Shown here: positions 1 through 10,425 of the stretch, piece by piece
How positions within the stretch are numbered: position 1 is the stretch's first letter
How the letters are laid out: each line of letters begins with the position of its first letter
NCBI GenBank assembly: GCA_963840855.1
Contig: CAWJBB010000040.1
Location: forward strand, 160,001-224,000
Reading direction: 5' to 3'
DNA from: an uncultured delta proteobacterium
GTDB taxonomy: Bacteria > Desulfobacterota > Binatia > UBA9968
Length of the DNA stretch: 64,000 bases
Translations under genes and position numbers: made by a program
Notes under the pieces: model-generated
Database searches by the model: none
The model's input: the letters and a program-made list of their open reading frames with translations, nothing else
Told to the model about the DNA's origin: nothing

Positions 1-698
1 CGGCAGAATTCCAGGCCTCGATACGATCACGGAAGAGGGCAACCATCTGATCATCGGCGCCCTCGTAACCCACTCCCAAATCGAATCCTCCGGTCTGCTC
101 AAACAAAAGTGCCCGCTGCTGCCGCAGACGGCGACCACCATCGCCGACGTGCAAGTGCGCAACTGCGGCACCCTGGGCGGCAGCATCGCCCACGCCGATC
201 CAGCCGGCGACTGGCCGGCGGCGATCCTGGCCCTCGAAGCGGAGATCAAAGTTGCCGGCCCCAGCGGCGAACGATGGGTCAAAGCCGGAGGATTTTTTTT
301 TAGGACTGTTGATGAGCGTGCTAGAGCCGGACGAAATCGTCACGGCCATCAAAGTGCCGGTCACGGGGCGCGATAAGACCGCCTACTTGAAGGCGGCGCC
401 GCGCTCGTCTGGATTCGCCGTGGTGGGCGTCGCCGTGCGACTGGCGTTGAACGACGCCGGAACATGCGCGCGCAGTGCCATCGGCATTACCGGCGTCACT
501 GACAAAGCCTACCGCGCCACTCGCGTCGAACAGATGCTGGCCGGAAAGAAGCTCGACGAAAAGATCATCGAAGACGCCGCGGCGGAAGCGACCCGCAACA
601 TCGATGTCATCGAAGACATCAACGGCTCCAGCGAGTACCGCGGCCAACTAACTCGCGTCTACGTCGCCCGGGCGATTGAGGCTGCCCTAGCAGATTAG
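1..698 (+). CDS. Xanthine/CO dehydrogenase family FAD-binding subunit (CoxM/CutM-like); 5' end outside window; frameshift at ~286
   Basis: Frame from nt 2 reads LIIGALVTH..QVRNCGTLGGSIAHADPAGD. The C-terminal part (ORF 252-698) has AYLK..GFAVVGVAV..DINGSSEYR. Removing one G at ~286 joins the two frames (WVKAEDFFLG). Confidence 0.85.
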
Positions 699-759
699 TC
701 TGGGGTCTAGCGTCCAGAGTCCGGAGTTAACACCGGACCCAAGACTCTAGACCCAGGAC
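699..759. repeat. Inverted pair of heptamer tandem arrays between convergent genes
   Basis: tctgggg tctagcg tccagag tccggag ... caccgga cccaaga ctctaga cccagga. Confidence 0.75.
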
Positions 760-771
760 CGCGGCAGCGGA

Positions 772-1080
772 TTACCTACTTCGGTGGCGCCGGCCGCCGA
801 AGAACTGTGGATAAGCGTCAATCGGATAGTCAGCGTTGAAGGTGTCGATTCTGGGCTCGTCCGGGAATCTGCTTTCCGTCGAGTGAATGATCCAGCCATC
901 CTGCTTCCAAACCCCCGCTGACCTGGCATCGCCGCCGCGCTTGATTAGCAGCTCGATGGTCCAATCGCTGACCCCGGCCTGCTTGAGCTTGATGATTTCA
1001 TCCACAGTCAGCGCCTGCGACACCGCCGGACATAGACAAGCCGCGACAATTAACGCCAAAAGAATCCCGATTGTTTTCAT
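772..1080 (-). CDS. Small exported hypothetical protein
   Basis: Signal peptide MKTIGILLALIVAACLCPAVSQA, then LTVDEIIKLKQAGVSD; GGAGG RBS upstream. Confidence 0.7.
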   Translation of the reverse strand: MKTIGILLALIVAACLCPAVSQALTVDEIIKLKQAGVSDWTIELLIKRGGDARSAGVWKQDGWIIHSTESRFPDEPRIDTFNADYPIDAYPQFFGGRRHRSR

Positions 1081-1220
1081 TGGTTCCTCCAGTGGATTCC
1101 TCCCGAGCGCGTCTTCGCATATCGAAAATGAAGGGCCGGCGCAAGAGGGCGCTGCTAACCATCCAAGAGCTTTTGATTGAAAGTCGGACTCTGACTTGGG
1201 ATGATGCAGTCGTTCTAACC

Positions 1221-1856
1221 ATGACGAAAAAAGTAAGACTCACGTTCGAAGAGCTAGCTGAAACCTCCTCGGTTACGCTCGGTCACTATGACGAGCACGC
1301 CGAGAGTTTTTGGCAGGGCACGAAGGATCACGACGTAAGCCAGAATCGCGCAGCGTTGTTACAGCATCTTCGCGGCGACCCGCCTTATCGCATTCTCGAC
1401 TTCGGCTGCGGGCCCGGGCGCGACTTGAAATTCTTCAAAGAAATGGGCCACGAAGCCATCGGACTCGACGGCGCGGAGCGCTTCGTCGAGCTTGCGCGCA
1501 GCCATAGCAGCTGTGAAGTTTGGCATCAAGATTTTCTTGGACTCAAATTGCCGGCGGAATATTTTGACGGGATTTTCGCCAACGCGTCACTCTTTCATGT
1601 GCCGAGCCAGGAACTGCCGCGCGTTCTGCGAGAGCTCTGGGCGTCACTGAAACCCGCGGGCGTATTGTTCAGCTCCAATCCGCGCGGTGAAAACCAGGAA
1701 GGCTGGAGCGACGCGCGCTACGGCGTATATTACGATTGGGGGCGCTGGAGTGAATTAGTGGCCGCCGCCGGGTTTACAGAAATCACTCACTACTACCGCC
1801 CGGCAGGACTACCACGCGAGCGACAGCCGTGGCTCGCATCGGTTTGGCGGAAATAA
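1221..1856 (+). CDS. Class I SAM-dependent methyltransferase
   Basis: ILDFGCGPGRD motif I, FDGIFANASLFH; start taken at ATG 1221. Confidence 0.9.
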   Translation: MTKKVRLTFEELAETSSVTLGHYDEHAESFWQGTKDHDVSQNRAALLQHLRGDPPYRILDFGCGPGRDLKFFKEMGHEAIGLDGAERFVELARSHSSCEVWHQDFLGLKLPAEYFDGIFANASLFHVPSQELPRVLRELWASLKPAGVLFSSNPRGENQEGWSDARYGVYYDWGRWSELVAAAGFTEITHYYRPAGLPRERQPWLASVWRK

Positions 1857-2194
1857 AAGTAGGCGGGAGGCGTGAGCCGCGAGGCGAGAGTAAGATAAAA
1901 AAATACAAGTTCAGCAACTTATTGGTTCTAGGCTCTTGCTCATGCCTCAAGCCTCGCGCCTCATGCCTAGTTGGCCAATTGACAGCAACCGCCACATGTA
2001 GCCTGGATGGAGCGCAGCGTAATCCAGGGGCCTCCTGGCTTCGGTTTGGCGGAAAAAAATAGGCGGGAGGCGCGAGGCACGAGCCGTGAGGCGAGAGTAA
2101 GATGCAAAAATACAAGTTCAGCAACTCATTGGTTTCTACGCTCTTGCTCATGCCTCAAGCCTCGCGCCTCATGCCTAGTTGGCCAATTGACAGC
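1839..2194 (+). repeat. Imperfect ~150-bp direct duplication (1839-1986 and 2041-2194); each copy contains an inverted heptamer array
   Basis: Both copies run tcggtttggcggaaa...gaggcgagagtaagat...aatacaagttcagcaact...ctcatgcctcaagcctcgcgcctcatgcctagttggccaattgacagc. Confidence 0.9.
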
Positions 2195-2262
2195 CGCGCG
2201 GCGAATCAACTAAGGTGCGGTTAGATTCCACAAACGATCCCAATTCTAAGGAGGACCCGGCG

Positions 2263-3315
2263 ATGGCTGTAGCAAGTGATCTGATTATTTCTGCAGACTC
2301 TCACGTCATGGAACCGCCCGATCTATGGAAGAAAGGCGTGCCGGAGAAATTCCGCGCCGATGCCCCGCTCTTTCCGCCTCACAAGGTCGGCGAAGGATTT
2401 CAGAAACACGCCGGCGGCTGGGACCCGCACGCCCGGATGAAAGAGATGGAAACCGACGGCCTGAGCGCCGAGGTGCTCTACCCGACCTTGATGCTCGATC
2501 TATTCGCCCTCGACGATCCGGCCATGCAAGAAGCCTGTTTCCGCGTCTACAACGACTGGCTCATCGAGTATTGCAGCGCCAACACGGACCGGCTGATTGG
2601 CATTCCGGCGATTGCTGTTTATAACATCGACACCGGCATTAAAGAGCTCGAGCGTTGCCTCAAGGCCGGCCTCAAAGGCGCAATCATCTGGCAAGCGCCG
2701 CACCCGGACCTGCCGTTTAAATCGAGCCACTACGACAAATTCTGGTCCGCTTGCGAAGATCTCGAAGCCCCGGTGAGCCTGCATATTCTCACCGGCCACA
2801 GCTACAACAAGGACAAGACCCGCAAAGGCGTCGAGCGCTATCGCGGCAGCGTCAACTTGAAACTCATGGACATCGCCAATGGGCTTTTCGAGCTGATTTT
2901 CTACGGCGTCCTGGAAAAACACCCAAAGTTGAAGGTCGTCTCGGTGGAAAACGAGAGCGGGTGGATGCCGTGGATATTCCAGCAATGGGATTACTATTAC
3001 AATCGCTTCAAGAAAGAGAACCCGCCGCCGTTTACGCGCAACCCCAGTAGCTTCATCAAAGACCAGGTTTATGCCTGCTTCTTTAACGATCATGTGTGCG
3101 GCGAAAATCTGAAACACTGGGGCCAGGACAACGTCATGTGGTCCAATGATTTTCCCCATCCGAATTCGACCTGGCCCAACTCGCTGAAAATCATCGAGCG
3201 CGATCTCGGCCACCTGCCAGCGGACGTGCAGCGCAAAGTCGTGTGCGGTAACGTCTGCCGGCTCTACGACATCGATGTCTCGAAGCTGCCACGGGTCGAG
3301 AAAAAAGCGGCGTAA
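2263..3315 (+). CDS. Amidohydrolase family protein (Amidohydro_2-like)
   Basis: ISADSHV, SLHIL, VENESGW, WSNDFPH motifs; AAGGAGG RBS. Confidence 0.9.
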   Translation: MAVASDLIISADSHVMEPPDLWKKGVPEKFRADAPLFPPHKVGEGFQKHAGGWDPHARMKEMETDGLSAEVLYPTLMLDLFALDDPAMQEACFRVYNDWLIEYCSANTDRLIGIPAIAVYNIDTGIKELERCLKAGLKGAIIWQAPHPDLPFKSSHYDKFWSACEDLEAPVSLHILTGHSYNKDKTRKGVERYRGSVNLKLMDIANGLFELIFYGVLEKHPKLKVVSVENESGWMPWIFQQWDYYYNRFKKENPPPFTRNPSSFIKDQVYACFFNDHVCGENLKHWGQDNVMWSNDFPHPNSTWPNSLKIIERDLGHLPADVQRKVVCGNVCRLYDIDVSKLPRVEKKAA

Positions 3316-3324
3316 CCACGACCG

Positions 3325-3395
3325 GGTTCAAGGTTTAACGTTCAAGGTTCAACGACCCATCCCCACCTTGAACGTTGAACATTGAACTTTGAACC
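3325..3395. repeat. GTTCAAN / NTTGAAC inverted heptamer array
   Basis: gttcaag gtttaac gttcaag gttcaac ... cttgaac gttgaac attgaac tttgaac. Confidence 0.9.
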
Positions 3396-3418
3396 ATAAT
3401 TCATCCGGGAGGTGGAAA

Positions 3419-3874
3419 GTGGCGCAGCAAATTCGACGCATCCTGTACGCGACCGATTTTTCCAAGGCATCGGCTCGAGCGCTGGATGAAGCGGTCCGTT
3501 TGGCAAAACAAAATCATGCCGAGCTCCTGGTAGTCCACGTGATCGAGCCGGTGGGCCAGTACGCCACCGGAGAAGATTTCGCCGGCGCGGAATTGTACGT
3601 GAAGATGGAAGAAGCAGCCGAGCAGGATGCGCAACGCTCCATGGAGAAGCTCATGCGCAAGCTCAAGCAAGCTAGGGTCAATGCCAAGAGCCTTCTGCTC
3701 AAGGGGCTAGCAGCCCACGAACAGATCGTAAAAGCGGCGAAAAGCCGAAAAGCGAACATGATCGTCATCGGCACCCACGGTCGCACGGGGCTGTCAAAGC
3801 TTGTCATGGGCAGCGTTGCCGGCAAGGTTGTTTCCCTGGCATCCTGCCCAGTGGTTGTTGTCCGAGGCAAATAG
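3419..3874 (+). CDS. Universal stress protein
   Basis: RILYATDFS, IVIGTHGRTG...MGSVAGKVV..CPVVVV; GTG start after GGAGG. Confidence 0.93.
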   Translation: MAQQIRRILYATDFSKASARALDEAVRLAKQNHAELLVVHVIEPVGQYATGEDFAGAELYVKMEEAAEQDAQRSMEKLMRKLKQARVNAKSLLLKGLAAHEQIVKAAKSRKANMIVIGTHGRTGLSKLVMGSVAGKVVSLASCPVVVVRGK

Positions 3875-3881
3875 GCGACTG

Positions 3882-4448
3882 ATGGCAGGGGGGTATTCGC
3901 TGGAAAATTTCATCGCCGATCTGGAGCGAATCACCAGCGCCGCAGGGTCGCCGGAAACGATCGTCTCCCAGGCCAGACCTCTCCTGGCTCGACTTGTGAG
4001 CAATCCCGACTGTATCGCGCCACCGTTCAAGCAAAGGGGCGCCACGGCTTACGGACGCTACATGCTGCACCGCGCGCCGCTGTTTAACGTCAGTAGCGTC
4101 GTCTGGGGTCCGGGTGATACCGCGAAAGCGCACAACCATGACACATGGGGACTTGTCGGAGTGGTGGAAAACGAGCTGCAAGAGACGCGTTTTCGCCGGC
4201 GCGACGACGGATCGAAGGAAGGTCACGCCGAACTGGAAATCACGGGGACGAATTGTAACGCCGCGGGCATGGTGTCTACTTTACTGCCACCCGACGACGA
4301 CATCCACGAGATGCTCAACGTCTCGCAAAAAAATACGGTTGAAGTCCACGTCTACGGCAAAGACCTGGCGAACATGAAACGGCTGCGCTTCGACCCGGAG
4401 AAGAAGACGGTTAAATTCTTCGCCAGCGCAAAGTACGACAACTGCTGA
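3882..4448 (+). CDS. Cysteine/thiol dioxygenase family cupin
   Basis: YGRYMLH, VWGPGD..AHNHDTWG, DDIHEM, VEVHVYG (3-His site). Confidence 0.85.
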   Translation: MAGGYSLENFIADLERITSAAGSPETIVSQARPLLARLVSNPDCIAPPFKQRGATAYGRYMLHRAPLFNVSSVVWGPGDTAKAHNHDTWGLVGVVENELQETRFRRRDDGSKEGHAELEITGTNCNAAGMVSTLLPPDDDIHEMLNVSQKNTVEVHVYGKDLANMKRLRFDPEKKTVKFFASAKYDNC

Positions 4449-4459
4449 CTCGTAACGCT

Positions 4460-4493
4460 GACCCTCGCCCTCTCCCGCGCGCGGGCGAGGGAA
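4460..4493. repeat. CCCTCTCCC...GGGCGAGGG REP-like hairpin between convergent genes (possible terminator)
   Basis: accctcgccctctcccgcgcgcgggcgagggaa. Confidence 0.6.
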
Positions 4494-4623
4494 CTAGTGA
4501 ACGGTCAACGGCATCAAGCTCGCTTCGTGTTCGAGACTCTTCGACAACCATGAACGGCAACACAAGCAGATCGTAGAACGCTGTGCCTACAGTTCACTAG
4601 ATAGTCTCTGAAAACCAAGAGTC

Positions 4624-6189
4624 TCAGTGCTTTAGCTGCAGTTCCCAATCGAGATAGCGCTGCATTGCCTCTTTATCGCCCGTGATCGAGGGCGAGACAA
4701 CAACATCATTCACTTCCGACCAGCAGGCGGTCAAGCCGTTTTCTGTCTCGTATCCCGCCGCCCGCCACGCTTTGACACCGCCCTCGAGAACAATCACGCT
4801 TGTGTAATCCATCGCCATGAGAGTTCGTGCCGCGAACACGGACTGCCGGCCGTCGGGGCATGTTATCAAGATCGGAGTATGCTTCGCCGGTAAACGGTTC
4901 GGGAGTTTTGATTCCAACCAGCCACGCGAGATCCATTTCGCGCCGGGTACATGAGCTGCTTTATAGTCGGCGCTGCCGCCGACGTCCAAAGTAGTCATGG
5001 AAGCGTAGTGCGGTAGACCGCGAATTTCCCTTGGCTTCAGTATTCTCGCCGACAGCTTCGCCCGTTCATATCCCAGCGGTTCTTTCCGGTCCGCCCCGCG
5101 CGCGAGCGCGCCTCCGCTCTCAGACCACGCCTGAATCCCACCTCGCAGCACTGACACATCGCGAAATCCCATCTGCCCGTACCAATACGCCGCCATCACA
5201 GCGCGCGCGGATCGATTGCTGACAAATATAATCTTACCGTTTCTCACGGCAATGAAATCGTCGGCGCGTTGCACAGCTTGACCGCCGGGCACAGAGATAG
5301 CTCCGACAATATGACCGCTCTCGTACTCACCCTCCGAGCGCACGTCGACGACGTAGGTAACGCCACCGGCGTTACCGGTCGAGGCATCGAGGAGTCTCTC
5401 GGGGGAAATCCAAGTGATCTTCTCTTCCGCGGCGACAAGCTGCGCGAGATCGATAGCTTTTGCGCGGCTCTCTTCCGGCGCGAGAGGCCCTGGCCGATTC
5501 GGTTTCGTCTCCAGATCAAACCCGGCCAGCACCCACCCCATAGTGCCATTGCGCAGTTCAAGAACGTTCGCCAGCCCCAGCCGCTTGAGCGCCGCCGCAC
5601 CGATGATGCTGCGCGTGCGCCCAGCGCAGTTAACGATAACTTTCGTTTCCGGCTTGCGCTTCAAAGCCTCCGCCCAAAGAACCAGATCGCCGCCGGGAAC
5701 GTTGAGCCCGCCGGGTATGCAAAAGCGTCCGTACTCTTCGGGCGTTCTGACGTCAAGGATGACGATCTCGGAGTTTGCGTCGAGCAATTGCTTCAGCTCT
5801 TCGGGCGAGATATCGGGAACAGCCTGCTCGTATTGGACCTTTTCGCCAAAGGCTTTGCTCGGCACGTTGACGCCGCTCGCGGTTGGACGCCCGTCGCGCT
5901 CCCACGCGGTAAGACCGCCATCGAGAACGGAAACATTGCTGTAGCCGAGTTCCGACAAGGTTTGTGCCGCGAGCGCGGCGCGTTCGCCGCCTTCGTCGTA
6001 GACGACCAGCGTAATGTCTCCATTGGGCACGAGCTCAGCGATACGGAACTCGATCTGGCTGCGCGGCAGCGACGTAGCGAATGAGATCTGGCGCGCGTTA
6101 TACTCGCCGCGCTCGCGCACGTCGAAAACCGCATAGAGCGAATTCGAAGCCATCAATTCCGACAATTCGCGGCAAGTGATTGATTCCAT
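4624..6189 (-). CDS. Four-domain rhodanese-related sulfurtransferase
   Basis: Four DVR/DVG...GG..W rhodanese modules; Cys loops NCAGRTRS and TCPDGRQS. Confidence 0.9.
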   Translation of the reverse strand: MESITCRELSELMASNSLYAVFDVRERGEYNARQISFATSLPRSQIEFRIAELVPNGDITLVVYDEGGERAALAAQTLSELGYSNVSVLDGGLTAWERDGRPTASGVNVPSKAFGEKVQYEQAVPDISPEELKQLLDANSEIVILDVRTPEEYGRFCIPGGLNVPGGDLVLWAEALKRKPETKVIVNCAGRTRSIIGAAALKRLGLANVLELRNGTMGWVLAGFDLETKPNRPGPLAPEESRAKAIDLAQLVAAEEKITWISPERLLDASTGNAGGVTYVVDVRSEGEYESGHIVGAISVPGGQAVQRADDFIAVRNGKIIFVSNRSARAVMAAYWYGQMGFRDVSVLRGGIQAWSESGGALARGADRKEPLGYERAKLSARILKPREIRGLPHYASMTTLDVGGSADYKAAHVPGAKWISRGWLESKLPNRLPAKHTPILITCPDGRQSVFAARTLMAMDYTSVIVLEGGVKAWRAAGYETENGLTACWSEVNDVVVSPSITGDKEAMQRYLDWELQLKH

Positions 6190-6301
6190 AATTGAACCCT
6201 TTTAACGGCACATTCCGTGGCTTGACCCAACCCGCCTTCTGCTCTACAAGTATCCTGATACCCCGGTGGGCCAAGGGAAACTTACACCACACTTCTGTGC
6301 G

Positions 6302-6386
6302 GTTCAAAGTTCAACGTTCAAGGTTCAAAGTTACGGATTGTGTTTACGCGGTTAATACGAGATTGAAATACGTTGAACATTGAACC
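6302..6386. repeat. GTTCAAN / NTTGAAC inverted heptamer array
   Basis: gttcaaa gttcaac gttcaag gttcaaa ... gttgaac attgaac. Confidence 0.85.
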
Positions 6387-6407
6387 AGTAGCCCCTCGGA
6401 GGACTCA

Positions 6408-7376
6408 ATGACAAAGCCCGACAATCGTTTTCGCGGACTCTTCATTCCCCACGTGACGCCGTTCGATGAATCCGGCGCCTTGGACTTGGAAAGCCTCGAG
6501 CGCCTGACTTCTTACCAGACGACGGTGAACGGTGTGGCCGGGCTGGTTTCCTGCGCCCGTATCGGCGAAGGTCCGGTGCTCAGCGGCGGCGAGAAGCGAC
6601 GGGTCTATGAAGTTGTCGGCAAGGTCGCGCACCAAAGCGGGCGCGTTCACATCGCCACCATCATGCCCCAATCCACCGACGAAGCGATCGAGCTGATCCG
6701 CGATCTCGAAACGCTGCCGGTGGACGCAACGATGATCTTTCCGCCGCTGCTTTTGGCCTGGGGCAAAGTGGAAAACGAGCTCAAGATCCAATTCTTCGAG
6801 GATATCACGCGCGCGACCCGATTGCCGCTGGTATTGTTCCAGATACCGGTCAGAAGTTACTGGTACGATCCGCCGACAATCTGCCGGATCGCAGAGTTGG
6901 AAAACGTTGTCGCGTTTAAGGAAGCGTCTTTCGATATCGATCTGTTCACGGAAACCATGCGTCAACTGGAGCGGCAAAATTCCACGATCCAGGTCCTGAC
7001 CGGCAATGACCGCTTCGTCGCCGAAAGTTATGAGCTAGGCTCCAGCGGCGCGCTTATCGGCGTTGCCAATGTTGCGACAGAAAATTGGGCCGCCATGGAC
7101 CACGCCGCTCAAGCGGGCGATTTCAAACGAGCCATGGCGCTGCAGAAAGAACTCGAAGCGGTCAAAGAGTTGGTTTTCAGCGAACCTATCGTCGAAGCGG
7201 TGGCTCGCATCAAGATTGTGCTGCAACATGAAGGGCTGATCAAAACCGCCAGGGTCCGCCGCCCGCAGTTAGGTATCCCTGACGCGGATAAAAAGCAATT
7301 ACTCGATAGCTACCGAGCGCTACGACTGCGCGAAGCGGAGTATTCATCAGGCGATAGAAAAAGAGCCGTGAGCTGA
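6408..7376 (+). CDS. Dihydrodipicolinate synthase / class I aldolase family protein
   Basis: VTPFD..G.LD, Schiff-base Lys in VAFKEAS, LTGND. Confidence 0.88.
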   Translation: MTKPDNRFRGLFIPHVTPFDESGALDLESLERLTSYQTTVNGVAGLVSCARIGEGPVLSGGEKRRVYEVVGKVAHQSGRVHIATIMPQSTDEAIELIRDLETLPVDATMIFPPLLLAWGKVENELKIQFFEDITRATRLPLVLFQIPVRSYWYDPPTICRIAELENVVAFKEASFDIDLFTETMRQLERQNSTIQVLTGNDRFVAESYELGSSGALIGVANVATENWAAMDHAAQAGDFKRAMALQKELEAVKELVFSEPIVEAVARIKIVLQHEGLIKTARVRRPQLGIPDADKKQLLDSYRALRLREAEYSSGDRKRAVS

Positions 7377-7437
7377 ACGCTCGTCAGCCAAAAGGCTGAG
7401 GCCCTCTAAAATACGTCGCTCACGAGTGATCTTTTCC

Positions 7438-7519
7438 GTCATGCTCGCGAAAGCGGGCATCCAGGTTGGAGCGAAAACCGTTGCCGGAATGACTGGATTC
7501 CCGCCTCCGCGGGAATGAC
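7438..7519. repeat. Inverted pair of ATTCCC-N8-GGGAAT-type REP palindromes
   Basis: gtcatgctcgcgaaagcgggcatccag ... ctggattcccgcctccgcgggaatgac. Confidence 0.75.
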
Positions 7520-7675
7520 GATTCTTCCGATCGCGCAATGACAAGTGGTTTCATTCGTTCCCCGAAGAGAACAAATACGCTGGGCCAAGCGCACTCTACC
7601 CCGAAACTTCGTGTTCTTCGTGCCTTTGTGGTAATTCTTCTCTGCGTCCTTCACGTTCCTTCCGGTTAAATTTTC

Positions 7676-8965
7676 CTAGTACACCCGTTCCGCTCCCCGC
7701 CCGGGAATGACCAACGCGAACAACGCCACCGTCACGGCCAGGAGAATCATCGCGCTGAGCGCCAGCGACCAGTGAATCCCGATCAGTCCGCCGACCACAC
7801 CGACCGTCACGCCGCTGAAGGCCTTGAGTCCATTGTTCGAGGTGTTGAAAAGACCGATCAACCGTCCGCGCAGCTGGGCAGGCGCTTGAAGCTGGACCAG
7901 GGTTTGCGCCATAGAGAGAAATGCCAAATTGAGAAAACCGGCGCAGAACAAAAGCACCACCGACAATGGATAGCTGGTGGACACCGCAAAAGCGACGATG
8001 ACGACGCACCAGAGAATCGAGCAGATGGCGGCGTTTCGCGCATTCGCTCTCAACCAGCCCTTGCCTTCGAGCAGAAGACCACCGACCACCGCTCCGGCGG
8101 CACTGGCGGCCAACAGAACGGTGTAAGCCGTGTCTTGCCTATCATGTCCGAGGTCATGGGCAAACTCCGGCATCTGCGCTTGAAACGCGTTGCCGACCAG
8201 CAGCGAAGTCGCGCCACCGAGCAGAATCATGGAAAGGATCGTCGGATTGGCCGACGTCTCCCGCATGAGTTGGAAGGCGCCGCTAAAACTTAAGCGCGGC
8301 GCTCGAGCGCTTCCCGCCTCATCTCGCCCATGTCCGGTATAGGGTAAAATGAACATGAAGATGAGCGCCGGGACAAACATCAACGTATTGATAAACAGTC
8401 CCACGGGCGGTCCAAAGAGCAGCATCGTTGCGCCGCCGATCGCGGGGCCCAAAAGCACGCCTAAATGACGCGACGTGGAATTGAGCCTGACCGCGCTTTG
8501 CAGATACTCGCGCCCAACGATATCGTGGATAATCAGTTGCCCGCCCGGCCCGCCTAACACGCCCGCCATGCCGTGGATTACGAGCAAGACGCAGGCATGC
8601 CAGACTTGGATCGTGTCGGTGAAAAAGAGAATTCCCCAGGTCAAGGAAACCAGCGCATACATGAGCTGGGACGCTTGAATCACCCGGCGGCAATCATGGC
8701 GGTCGGCCAGCGCTCCGAAATACACCGCGAAGAACAAGAACGGCGTCCAGTGGCTGATCACGGCGAATCCGCCGAGAACCGGCGAGTGAAACTTTTGGAA
8801 TAATAGCCAGTAACTTATGACATGCTCAATGTTATCGCCCATGGTGGAAAACAGATGAACAATGAAGTAGCGGCGAAAGTCACGATGGCGCAGCGCCGCA
8901 AAAGCAACTTTCCTTTCAGGCTTCGATGCAGAATCGAGATGCGATGGATTAGGTTTCGCGGTCAT
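7676..8965 (-). CDS. MFS transporter (paralog 1 of 3)
   Basis: AFAALRHRDFR, DNIEHVISYW, GALADRHDCRRV; about 12 hydrophobic segments. Confidence 0.9.
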   Translation of the reverse strand: MTAKPNPSHLDSASKPERKVAFAALRHRDFRRYFIVHLFSTMGDNIEHVISYWLLFQKFHSPVLGGFAVISHWTPFLFFAVYFGALADRHDCRRVIQASQLMYALVSLTWGILFFTDTIQVWHACVLLVIHGMAGVLGGPGGQLIIHDIVGREYLQSAVRLNSTSRHLGVLLGPAIGGATMLLFGPPVGLFINTLMFVPALIFMFILPYTGHGRDEAGSARAPRLSFSGAFQLMRETSANPTILSMILLGGATSLLVGNAFQAQMPEFAHDLGHDRQDTAYTVLLAASAAGAVVGGLLLEGKGWLRANARNAAICSILWCVVIVAFAVSTSYPLSVVLLFCAGFLNLAFLSMAQTLVQLQAPAQLRGRLIGLFNTSNNGLKAFSGVTVGVVGGLIGIHWSLALSAMILLAVTVALFALVIPGRGAERVY

Positions 8966-9008
8966 AGGTAATGATTCTCGGTGATGCTGTTTAGGCAGGA
9001 TCAATAGA

Positions 9009-9042
9009 TTGAACGTTTTGAACGGCTTGAACTGTTTGAACC
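9009..9042. repeat. Nonamer TTGAACNNN tandem array
   Basis: ttgaacgtt ttgaacggc ttgaactgt ttgaacc. Confidence 0.75.
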
Positions 9043-9079
9043 ATCAGCGGTCCTTCATTCGTTCGCCTTCAGCCTTTCG

Positions 9080-10358
9080 CTAAACTGTCCGTTGACTGGG
9101 AATCATGAAGGCAAGAAGCGCCACCGTGATCGCCAGCAACACCAACGCACTCCCCGCCAGAGACCAGTGCACGCCGATCAAGCCGCCGACCACTCCCACG
9201 GTGAGCCCGCTAAAGGCCTTGAGTCCCAGGCTCGCCATCGAATACAAACCGATGACACGGCCGCGCAACTGCGGCGGCGAGCGTAATTGAACGATTGTCT
9301 GCGCCATTGAGGAGAAGGCCAGATGCAAAACGCCGGCGACAAAAAGCAAGGTCAGGGACAGCGCATAACTGGTAGAGAGCGCGAAGACTGCGATGGTCAC
9401 GCACCAAAGTATGGCGCTGATGATCGCCGTCTTGACGTTCGGGGGTAACCAACCCCGGCCCTCCAGCAAGAAACCCACCGACGACAGCGCCCGCGGCATT
9501 GGCCCCGAGTAAAGCGCTGTAGGCGAAATCGGCTTTCTCAGTTCCGAGATCATGGGCAAACTCGGGCATTGTCGCTTGAAACGCGGTGCCGACGAAAAAC
9601 GACACGCAGCCGCCCAGCGCAACCATGGTAATGATCGGCCGGTTGCCGGAGATTTCACGGATGATTTGAAAGGCGTCGCGCCAACTGACCGCTCTTCGCG
9701 CCGGCGCCGGGTCTTCACGACTATGACCGGTGTAAGGCACGGTGAGCAGCCAAATCGTCAGAGGCAAATAGATAAGCGTATTCACCACCAGTCCGGCCGC
9801 CGGACTGAGCAGCAGCATCAATCCGCCGCCCACCGCAGGGCCGAACAGAACTCCCAGTTGCCGGCTCGTCGAATTGAGACGGATGGCGCTTTGCAGTTGC
9901 TCCCGGCCGACGATGTCGTGAATTAGCAACTGACTGCCCGGTCCCCACAGGACACCCGCCATGCCATGGACTACGAGCAACACGCAGGCGTGCCAGACTT
10001 CGATCGTATCGGTCCAGAAAAGCACCGCCCACGCCGCCGAGACGCCCATGAACATGATCTGCGCAACCTGGATGACCTTGCGGCAGTCGTAACGGTCGGC
10101 CATGGCGCCGAAATATACGGAGAAGAGCAGAAACGGCGTCCAGTGACTGAGCACGGCAAAGCCGGCGAGCACCGGCGAGCGGAATTTTTCATAGAGCAGC
10201 CAGTAACTGATCACATGCTCGATATTGTCCGCCATCATGGCGAGCATCGTGGCGACGAAATAAACGCGGAAATCTTTGTGATGGAGCGCAGCGAAGGCGA
10301 TTTTTTTATCAGGGCGAGCGGAACGTTGTCGTGCTTCAGGGTTTGGCTTGGCCGTCAT
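9080..10358 (-). CDS. MFS transporter (paralog 2 of 3); frameshift at ~9475
   Basis: ORFs 9210-10436 and 9080-9718 join at GAVVGG/FLLEGRGW when one G is removed; collinear with the neighbouring paralogs. Confidence 0.85.
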
Positions 10359-10425
10359 GGATGTCAACGAAATGCAGGCAATTAACCCAAGACAGTAACG
10401 GATATTGGCAGGCTGCGCAAACTTC

